From positions 13,578,001-13,642,000 of the forward strand of contig CAIIXF020000001.1 in NCBI GenBank assembly GCA_903813345.2: 64,000 nt of DNA, in the 5' to 3' direction. A model generated the notes under the pieces. The model saw only the letters and a list, made by a program, of their open reading frames with translations, was not told the origin of the DNA and made no database searches. The translations under genes were made by a program, and so were the position numbers. This DNA is from Owenia fusiformis. Lineage: Eukaryota. This document shows positions 12,501-24,500 of this stretch, in pieces. Position 1 is the first letter of the stretch. The number at the start of each line of letters is the position of its first letter.

Positions 12501-15500
12501 GATTCCAAATGATCAGATACTCTGTTGACTTAAAAGAAAATTAGGCAAACACAAAGTGAAGAAGGCAACAGAAGATAACAAGATCAACATTGACAAAATA
12601 TAAGGTATTTATATTGAAACTAACTAGAAACAATCCAAAATGGTAAAGCTGGAGGATATGCCCAATGAAATACATGCGGAGAATTTATGGCTCTATTTAT
12701 CTCCTGTAATTCTTCTGATTGGAACATTGGGGAATGGACTAGTTATTTTTGTGCTGACACGGAAAGCAATGCGCACATCCATGTCAAGCATTTATCTAAT
12801 CTGCCTGGCAGTCAGTGACTTCTGCGTTCTCTATACAGGACTCTTAAGACAGTGGATACGTAGGATTGGAATATGGGACGGTGAAACAGAGTCGTACATA
12901 CATACTGACATTCGTGTCTTATCAGAAACTGGCTGTAGATTTCACATATTCATGGTCTACTATTCTCTTCATATGTCTGCATGGATTATCGTCTGCTTCA
13001 CTGTAGAACGTCTCGTCGCAGTTTATTTCCCCCTCAAGTCGAAACGCATATGTAGACGGTTAACTGTGGTCGTCTGTGTTATCTCAACAGCAGTTCTCCT
13101 TATTATTCTAAACGGGCATTTCTTCTGGACATACAAACTAAACATCCTGAAGCTACCCTTTCCTCCATTCAGAGAGTTCAGATTCTGCAGAGCGAAGGAT
13201 AAAGAATTTCCATTCATCTGGCGAAAAATCCACATGTGGGTTGGATCGTTTGTGCCGTTTATCATCATGCTGATGCTGAATGGCTTGATTGTCATTAAGC
13301 TCTTTCTGTTAAAGCATAAATCGACAGTGAAATCTACTAAAGGCATCAGTGCCACGTCTACAACCATTACCTTATTTGGTGTTACGCTAATGTTCTTGAT
13401 ATTCACTGCACCTCTAGCCCTTTATTTAGCCTTCACTGGAACATGGTACCAGGCTGATGACGTGCCGACAGTTGCCAACAAGGACCTCCACTTCGCCCTT
13501 GTTAATATGTTTCAATATCTCAACAGTGCATTGAATTTCATTCTATATTCCCTAACATCGCCTAAATTTCGTCGTGAAGTGACTTCGTTATTTTGTAAAA
13601 AGTGTGTGAAGAATAACGCTATTGGAGCATTCACAGCAGGAGAGTCTACGGTAAAACCGCCAGTTACAGGCACGACTCATACATAAGAAACAGACATTTA
13701 AAAGTAATCTGAAGAATATTTAAAAAAATGAACAGGGACTCTGTTAAAAAATCAAATTATATCATCAAACTTTTCAACTGACTGACAGAACTCAGAAACA
13801 GTGCTACTAGTAAACTTGAATTAAGTTTCAATGGGATAAAATCCTGTCATAAAAGATCTAGATATAAAACATTACACTGCGTGTACATACTTATACATAT
13901 AATAATAAAATATCATTTATTCAGAATATAACATATATCTAATCAAAAGATGTTGTTTGATTATTTTATTGAGACATTAACATTAGAAACTGTCTATCAT
14001 AGTATAAAATATTAATTTGAATGAAAAAAATGAGATGAATAGATACTTGTATTACGTGCTTTCACAGATAATGTTTCCTTTTAGCGCTAGTCGTGCTGAA
14101 GTGCCAAGCTGGTGTTATACATAAACTATAGATTTCTATATTTCTTTTTTTTACTCATGAATATCTTATTGATTTCAGAATTTTGATTTTAACATTGGTT
14201 TTCATTCATGTACATTTACTTTGTGTGAGTCTGTTCGATTAAAGGAATTTGTTTTTCTTCCTATCAGGACTGAAGAACAGACTTGTTTTTTCAAGTATGT
14301 CCAGCGGTGATTCGGTAAAACATAAATTGATTCTTCCAACTACTACTAATTACTTGTTAAGAAATACTACACCTTTTTAACAGAAGGTAGCTAAATACAG
14401 GAAATGTCCATTCACTTACTCTTTTAATTATGACTTTACATGGGAAATTAGTAGAACTGTGTGATGATCATATTACATATATCTTTAATAAAACAATCGT
14501 TAAACATCATTAGATAAGTCCGGTGATTTACATTTTACTGAATATGATTTAAAATGTTTTCTTTCAAATTCCAAATTATTACACAGCCTTATTCACTTAA
14601 TTCTGATTTATTTTACTATTCTGATTTATTTCACTTTTCTGATTTATTTATCCATTCAATTATATGTATACAAACAAATACAAAATAAATATATTTTCAA
14701 CAAATACTTCTGAACTGCTATTATTATTATTATTCATTGCAATATCCATGGCATGAATAACTACAAGAAATAAAGGAATTAAAGATAAATATCAAAATGC
14801 TAATCTGTTTCTGTATTATTTAATTCTAAGTTGCATGTTTTTGATAGAATAGGATAAATCACAGGTTTTGACCTGGAAATAGCCTCTGTCCCTCTCTCTT
14901 TCTCTCTCTCCTGTATCTATCCTTTGTGTTAGCCCCCCTCCCAAACAAGAGGAAAGAAAAAGAAAGAAAACAATCTCCAAAGATCATATGAGAAAAGTAA
15001 TATTACATTCCACCACATATTTAAAATATATTCTCATTTCAATAAAAAAGAATTCTCATTACAATAAAATACTTTTCACCATTCATTCAATTCAGATGAT
15101 ATGATTCCTTATGCATTAAAGCTGCTTTTTAATCCAGTGTAAATCTGAAATAGAAATACAGGATGTTATCTCTTCAGTTATGCAAAGATAATATTCCTCA
15201 ATGCTGATAAAAAACTAATATTACACGAGAAGAAATATCACAAAATGGTGACTGGCAGAAAAAATAACATTGGTGTCCTTGTGTTAATGAATAGGTTAGT
15301 TATACTGGTAAATGACTAATATCTATTTAAAATCCAAATTGGTCAAACTGAATTTAACATCTCTAGCAGCAACATAATAATTATGTTCAACTAGCAGAAG
15401 AGAAAAACTGGAAATAATTCATTATTATTACTTATCTAAACCAATAATATTTACCAATTGAAAGAATGATAATTCAATTCAATTCAGAGAAAATAATCTA

Positions 15501-18500
15501 AATTGAAATGATTTCCCCTGTTTCACAATGGAATTATTTCAATCAATCATCATTGACTTTCTAACTCTGGTAAGACAAACATGACATATTGAGTTACTGC
15601 TGCAAGAAGCTTCCCATAACAACCCAGATATGCGAACCTGTCACTGTATGACGTGAAGTGAAATATAAGCACCAGAAAAGGCCAGTGAACGTTTGAAAGC
15701 TATTTCAAAAAAATTGAACAATGATCTATATTTTCTAATACTGCCTAAACAATACTGTATGCTCTGTTCTACAAATTATGTTCTGAGGCTATCCACATAT
15801 TTGTTCATCCTCTATGCTATAATTGCCTTGGTGGTGAATGGTACTGTGTCTATTGAATGTATTAGCCAATGTGTAATGAAAATTAAAAAAAAAAAAATTG
15901 GTGGTGACATAAAAATAGAAAAATATTGATTAATCTCTCTGTTTTAGAAATTGATTAATATACTGTTATAAGCACTGGTGAAGGGTGTACTGGGATTTAT
16001 AATTTGGCAGCTCCATTTCAGTACAAAGGTGGCGCTAAACTCGACCTATAATCATATTTTTGGTTGAGTTCCCCATGTACAGTGTTAAGGTCAACTAAGC
16101 TGGACTGTTTATTAAGCCATGTGACAACTTTTGACTTTATTTATCAACATTTGATATGGATAGTAAAACATGGGTGCTTTTTATGATGGGCTTCACTGGA
16201 AATTTGAATTTCAGAAATGCTCAGTGCCCTCTATGTGTAGAATATGTTTTCTACATATTTACACGTTTGGTTATTCCAGATGACCTTGACATACAAGTCC
16301 AACATTTATCTATACAGGATATTGTGGAATTATTGTTGACATATATGAATTTTATGCTTTTATTAAATACAATGAGAAAATACAATGAAACATAGTTCAT
16401 CGTTCTATCGCACATATTGGCAGACAATCAAATGATATTATTAATGTGGTGCCATAAAATTGAAAATTGATAATAGAACTAATTGATGGACGATGGTACA
16501 ATTAGATTTATTGCTAAATGCTGTACAATTAACTACATAGGTGCTATAAAATAAATACATGTAACTAGAAAAAATGAACTCCCTTGACTCGCAAATCATC
16601 AAAAAAGAATCCATCATAATGAGATAGTTATCCCAAAATGGAGGTTTGCATTTTATGTCATCCTGTATTTTACATCCAGACAATACAAGACTAGTCCATT
16701 AGTTTGGTTCTATATTATAGACATCAAAACTTCAAGTGTCAGTTTAACACTTTGATACATTCCCTCAGGGATGTTTCCAACATGTACATGAAGTAATGAA
16801 AGCAAGGTAGCAATAATAAAAATAGCACCAATGTCCAACATCCTGCATCAAGTTTGCTTTTTCAGATAACACAAATGCAAACAACTTTACATTTTTCAGA
16901 TAAATCTAAACCAAACAATAATAGCCTTTAGATAGTGTATAATATTTATCCTATATGAGGTTAAGGATATTGGAATTATCCCGAGGCCAATATAATATAT
17001 CTGCCCAAGGGCCGTAGGTCCTGAGGGTAGATATATTATATTGGCCTCGGGATAATCCCAATATCCTGAACCAACTATATGATGACCTGTTTATTCCATA
17101 CCAATCACATTTTTCAATTGGCCACAGTTCTTCAGAAACCAACCGTGGAATTATTTTAAATATTCAGGTCCAGTTTTGTATTCTTGTCCGTAGCATGATT
17201 TTCCTGTTCAAATCTTTGATTATTAACGGGGCATACTGCTCCTTCCCTTCTTTAAAGCATCAAACAGTTCGCGATTGTCTGTGTTTTTCTCCATTGTCGT
17301 TTACAGTATGCAAACGTTTCAAACAAAGAACCAAGAACCAATACGGGAACAGCGATTATGACGTAGCGGGCAGATATACTATATCTTCCCGCTCGGAGCG
17401 GGACGTAAAGCTATATCTTCCCGCTGATGAAAATATAAGTTTTTACAAACCGGCATTATGTACCTGTAACACGTCCAAGTATGGGATAAACACAATTACT
17501 CCTTGCTTTGTTAACACAATGTTATCCTTTTAATTTAAAGCACCAATACACCAGGGATGTTATTCATGATGATGCCAGCAATATTTACATTATGACAAAC
17601 ACTTTATTCAAAGGACCCTGAATGAGATAAAAAGATGATTGGTCAAACAAGACCATTTCCAGAATGAAACATGAACAATATGCCCATCCTCCGAACACAG
17701 TGTTTCAGAACTCTTCTCATTCTTCCAAGGAAGATATTATAGATTTTAGAGCCTCATGGTCCAAGGATTAAATTATCCAATGGGGTGTTCTACAGTAAGG
17801 TTAAACATACAGTTGCCAGGTAGCAGGAAACCAGTGTGATTAACCACCAGTTTCTTATCTCCATTACAAAGAGTAAGAACTGATTGCCATAATTTGACAA
17901 TCTTGAGGCATTTTTGATGTTCAAACACTGACAGCATTTGTGTAAAAAACATAGGTTTTGTCTACATAAGGTTGAGCCCACTAAATCCTCCTGCTCAACA
18001 AATATCATACAATGTTTGGTTACAGTGAGTCAGTCACCTTTACTTAGATCTTTTAAGGGTGAATAATGATCATTTACATGAATAATTTATTTATCTACAG
18101 CTTTAGAAGCTCCTCCTAATTACTAAAAAATGCAGTACAGGTAACCAGTCAAACTCAATCATTTTTTATGATGTACCAAGTAATGTCCATGATCAGAAGG
18201 ACTCAGTTCAAGTGATAAACACAACATTAAAGCGATAATTGTGACAGACAAAAACCATCCACAAGCGAACAATGAGTAATTCAACAGGACAATATGATGC
18301 AGTTCAAACTGACCTATTATGGTATTACATATCCCCTATCCTGATTGTGTTAGGTAACTATGGTAACATTCTTTCTATTGTGACGATCATGCTTCAGCGG
18401 TCACTAAAGAAACTACCATGCAGTTACTTCATGACGTCCCTAGCACTATCTCACATAGCGATACTGGATACTGGATTAATGCGGCAATGGATACTCAGAC

Positions 18501-21500
18501 TTCCTGGGAACATAGATGTGAGAACAATGTCGGATTTAGGATGTGGTCTACACCTGATGTTCACGTACTTCTCACTCCAGTTTGCAGCTTGGATGCTCGT
18601 GGGACTTTCTTTGGAAAGGTTTATGAGTGTCCTTCATTATAACAAGTGGAAGTGGACAAAGAAACAATCACTGGTTTATATTCTCATAGTATTAACACTA
18701 CTACTAGGCCTCAACCTGCACTTTCTGTGGTCTTTTCAACTAAAGTCCCAAGATGGAACAGATTTAAAGCTTTGCATTGTGACCAAACCAGCATATATAA
18801 AATGGGCACTGACAGAATTCAGGACAATTCACATGGTGCTGGCATATATAGCCCCCCTAGTGTTAACATTGCTGTTTCTAGGGTTGATAGGGTTAACTGT
18901 ATGGAGAAGAAAGCGCCCATTCAATGCTTCAAAGGGACCAACATGGACTTTATATGTATTGATCATACTATTTATACTAACAACAACCCCCATGGCTCTA
19001 TATATGGTGCTGAATGGACTATGGTACAACACAAATGAATCATACTCAGATCTCGGCTTTGCTATTGTCAGCTTGATCCAATACACTTACAGCGCTGTGA
19101 TCATTCTCGTTTACCTCACCTGGTATGTCTTCAGATGGGAGCTAAAGCTGTTACTGTGTGGCTGTTGTCCTTATGTTGAAAAGGACCTCATTTCAATGGG
19201 TGATCACATGTCAACCAATACAACAACAAGTACAAGTGTTGATGATAAGCTCTCTACAACACTGCAAGTACCACACGTGACATCCTCAAGGAGAAGCTCG
19301 CAATCTTTTAAATCCTCACGGAGAAGCTCACAATCCTTTAATTGAGATGACTACGAAATAATAGATATACTATATTACCTATCTGCTTAATTAAGTGGTG
19401 TTATTAAATGCAATTGTCATGTCCCTTTTTCTTTAATATATTCATAAGGTAATATACATTCACATGCATAAAAGCCATCACAATTATAAAGTCTTATTTC
19501 AGATTGTTCGAATATAGAAGACATGACATCTGAATGTTTTATGTATCCATGATCCAAGGGTATTGCAATTCTTTACACAGCTGCTATAGATGCTGTATAG
19601 CAGTGAAACCCGTTCTTGAAGGGTGGTTTTTATGTATAAATGCTTCAAATTTTCTGGAATCACTATTAACATAACACATTATCATTATCATATACTGTAC
19701 ATTCTATATCTTTAGATATTATTAATCTCCTAATAGCACTATGATATCTTTTCTCATTTACTGTACCTGTAAAGCTAAAGTAACCTATTTGAGTGGCCAT
19801 TTCAAATGAAAGTAAATCAAACATAATATTTTGTTTTTTAATAATACCATTAGCTTTAAAATGGGTCCAAACAATAACAAGTAGTATGTATAAGGTATAA
19901 CAGCATGGAAAATATTTGAGCATATAGCTTTACTTTAAAAAGGAGAATTTTCAGATTGTCCAAAAGTTAGGACATCTCCTTAAATTCATGTGCCATGGTA
20001 AAAAATATAAAGTTCAATATCCTAGTTTTCAAGATGTGACAAAATAGAAGAGAAAAAAAATAAAATGAGATAAATAAACATATTGACAAATGATCCATGA
20101 TGAAGTACAATAGACTGGGATAATAACGGGATAAACATCTCAATTTTCCTCTTTATTTTAATAAAATCGTGTTCAATCAAAAACCTGTAAATAAGGTTAA
20201 TCTTGTCTTGTGAATGATCCTTCACATTGTTTATTAACAATGGAATTAGTTATCCCAGATAACCTGGAACTCATTACTTTAAGCGTTCTTGAAGCCTCGT
20301 AAGTTTATTCTTGATCTAGTGCATGGACACCATGGTTTCCACAATGATAACATTTATTAAAGGATAACATTAAGATTCTCATATAAAAACAACACGGAGG
20401 CTCCAAACGGGATCAGTCTATTTTAAGAAATTAGGAGTTTGGTAAATTCCAGTTTTTGAAATCGTCTTCCTGAAGGTAAAACAATCCATCAAAAAGTTTG
20501 TAAATATTGAGAAGGCGAATTATTCAAAGGATTCATGAGCCAATATAAATCCTATCCTTGAAGAGATGATTAATCACAGATTAGAAATTACAATATTCCA
20601 AGATGCAAATGAACTGTGGTCATGCAAAAATGGCTATTCATCATGCTATGGCTATTTGATATGTGTCACTTTAATGTATTGAAACCATGAGATTCCACAA
20701 CTGATAAATGAATGAATATGTTCACATTCTCCCACATTATGGATATTAAGGAATGAATATTCATACTGTATTTTAAAAATGATGTTTTATATTTATAAAT
20801 ACCTGTATGTATGATGTCACATGAACAAACAATAAAAAACTACTAATAGTGCCCAAATAACCATAGCTCTTAGGGAGCTCCTTGCCTTTTCTACCATCAT
20901 CAACTAAGTCATCTCATTCAATCTCAGTTTTTGAGACACTGCTACTTTAACAAGGCATTAAAATATGCAAAATGTCACCAGCTGCCATTTGTTACAGACA
21001 CCTACCACCAAACAACAACTGACAAATACCAAACACAAAAAGGTCGGAGAATATAACAACAGACAGATATGATGAGTATCAGAAGTCTTTTTCACACCCA
21101 ATCAAAATATTTTTTGTGAAACACAGGATCTACTTCTCAAATTGTGTTGATGAGATGTGAGTAAACATTGATGTATATTGAAATATGAATTGTGTGTACT
21201 TATCAAATTCACTCGGCCAAAATCAATTTTTTTTCATGATTCAGTTCCTGTATAGATTAAAAAGATTACACCTCTCTGATTATTTTCCCCAACGATGTAT
21301 CGATTCTGTACATGATATTTTCTACTGACCTTACGCAAATAAAATGTTTTATGGAAGATGGGGTAATGCTTTCACAAGATAACCCTGTGGGCATCGACCT
21401 GCTTCACGAGCATGTTCATCAAACAAGAGTGCATGATGATTTAGTGATAAATAGCTTCAGCAAATCCATCAGCATTTTGTCAAATATGAGTAATTGCCAG

Positions 21501-24500
21501 AGAGGAATGTCATGTTTACTGTGGACTCCCTGGAGATTAGGGGACACTAATGATAGATTGACAATAGCTTGATCATAAGCTTTTTTCAAATCACAAAATA
21601 TATAGGAAAAAGAACACAACCAGAACAACGGCAACGCCAAAGCGTAGCGAATCCCATCGAACAGAAATGGCTGGCATTTTTACACTTGAAATATATAGCA
21701 AATATCATAAAATAACACCCATAAGAAAGGCCACCATTTTCAAAATGGTTGATCACTAGCCAAGTTGTCATCAGAAGAAGTAATATGCTTTTAAGTAGCC
21801 ACATATAAAATTCTTAATAAAAAATCGCCAATGCCGCTTACAACCCAAAATGTCATAAGACAGTATGCAATCCTTACAAGTATTCACATATCAAATATGA
21901 ACAAAATCGCTCTATTACTTTTTGAGTTAAAAGAAAAAATGTAAAATAACACACATAAAAAATGGTGGCTATTTTTCAAAATAGCCGACTACTCCCCAAA
22001 GTTTTATTAGACAATGTGCCATGCTTAAAGTATTCACATATCAAATATGAACAAAATCGCTCCACTTCTTTTCAAGTTATCGTAAAAAATGTAAAAATGA
22101 CAGCCATTTTTAAAAATGGCCGCCTACTACTCGAAGTGTCATGAGACAGTGTGCAAGGCTCATGAGTATTCACATATCAAATATGAACAAAACCGCTCCA
22201 CTACTTTTCAAGTTATAGTAAAAACGTAAAATAACACACATAAAAAATGGTGGCTATTTTTCAAAATGGCAGACTACTCCCCAAAGTTTTATTAGACAAT
22301 GTGCCATGCTTAAAGTATTCACATATCAAATATGAACAAAATCGCTCCACTTCTTTTCAAGTTATCGTAAAAAATGTAAAAATGACAGCCATTTTTCAAA
22401 ATGGCCGCCTACTACCCAAAGTGTCATTAGACAGTGTGCCATGCTTATTATATTCACATATTGAATATGAACAAAATCACTCTACTACTTTTTGAGTTAT
22501 AGTAAAAATGTAAAATAACACACGTAAAAATGGTGGCCATTTTTCAAAATAGCCGCCTACTACCCAAAATGTCATTAGACATTGTGCCGTGCTTAAAGTA
22601 TTCACATACCAAATATGAACAAAATCGCTCCACTACTTTTCAAGTTACAGCAAAAATCGTAAAATGACGTGCAAAGGCAGCCATTCTTCAAGATGGCTGC
22701 CATATATTTCTTCTCTATTTTCATTTCTAGCTTTCTAACTTTTTTACATTTAAAACATATTGCTATTACAGTTTTATATGCAGTACCTAAATAACTGTAA
22801 AATCGTCACTAAAATGGCCGCGATTTTTTTTGAGCGGCCATTTTGAAAATCGGTTTTCAAGCAGAACTTCTACCCCCATTGGGTATATGTGTACAAAATA
22901 TGAACAAAATGAGGCCAGCGGTATTTGAGTTATTGCCCGGACGGATGGACGGAGGCGTTCCCTATATCCCTCCAAACTTCGTTCGATGGGATAACAATAT
23001 TTCAATAGTGTATATCAATAGACTGAATGTTTAAATAAGAATAAACGCCCATGGTGGATGATTGATTTCAAATACCATTACCAAAGAGGTAAAAAGAGAC
23101 AGTTTCACAAAATGTCTATGAAACATAAGAAGCAACACTGCACTCTTATATTAGAAATTTGAAATCACATGTACAGTAAATACATATTAACAAAGAATTC
23201 ACATGACAAAATGTCACCACTTTAGTTTGTTACAGACACTGAATGCCAACCATCAAACATTTACCGGCAAATTCCCACCACTGAACATTGTTCAAAAAAA
23301 GTTGGAGACCACATCAATAAAAAGTCTGGTGGTGACACCACAAAGTGAAGAACATTCGTAGAAAATATTCACCTCCATAGATGATGTACAGAATCCATTC
23401 ATCTTAGAAAAGAAGGTAGATACTAGATATTTTGGATCTTGGAACCACACGATAGGTAGATGAAAAGAATTGCATCCAGTGTTTGTCCATCGATATTTCA
23501 TATGTGTGATCATTATGAATATGCCAAATCAAACATGTGCATTATAATTAACAACCTGATTAACAAAATTAGTTTTACCAACCTGGCCTTGATGGTTTAG
23601 AATATATCTCTTCATGAAAAAAAACAAATGCTAAATCATATTCTCAAAGCAAATATATCATCTTATTTACACCAAGCTATGGCTATGTAAAATAAACATC
23701 AGTTCAATATGCTCATAGCATATTTCATTTAAATCACATTAAGAACCATAAAAATAAAATTTATTAGCGTGACTGCTGGTGAATTATTTAGATATTTCTG
23801 ATTTGTTTCAGAAAAATCGTGTTGACAGAGCAGAACATAAACATAGAAATATGCATCCAGGAACAATATCAGTTAACCATCATTGTTCATAAAACATTAC
23901 ATTAATGTTTGTTCTCGCTATATCTCTTAAGTTATATTAGCATAAAGGATATCCTTGTTAACTAACAATCTTTGTTGAATTTTCCATCTTGGATACAAGG
24001 TTTTAGCTGTTCCAGACATATCACATTTTTTCTTTCTTTATCAGCAAGAATTGAGATGTGATGAGTAAAACAATCCACATTTCAAATTAGGAGTTGCATA
24101 TTAAAAGAAAGTTTCCAATTGGGTATAAGATACAAGAGTTACATATTAAAAGAAAGCTTTCAACTGGGTATAAGGTACAAGGGTGACTCGAGTCCAGTGA
24201 ATCCATCAACTCATATTTGACAGTCTTGAAACTGAATTTGACTGTTGTGGTACCAATACCAACTTCAGTAAACCTGAGTACATGGAACACTCTTGGCACC
24301 TTTAAAAAGTGTTCCATTTACAAAGGTTCATTTGACAATAAGTCAATAGGCTGCAGGACTTTGAAAAACTTTCCACTTATGGAGGTGTTCCAATTACAGA
24401 GGTGTTCCATTTTACAGATTTTAATATATGTTATATGGTTTTGAAACTATTCCATTGAGAGAAAGTGGCAATAATAAACTAATCATTTAATAACACAAAG

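Noticed and set aside
13023-13406. Antisense or alternative-frame ORFs over the GPCRs and over host exons
   Set aside because: Shadow ORFs of real coding sequence with no independent features
21312-21804. Short ORFs as a third nested gene or GPCR pseudogene
   Set aside because: No recognisable 7TM or other motifs; partly overlaps the HINE 5' end
21860-22680. Regular repeats (also 43575-44600) as a CRISPR array, or their ORFs as proteins
   Set aside because: No unique spacers; these are whole-unit tandem repeats in a eukaryotic intron, with no cas genes
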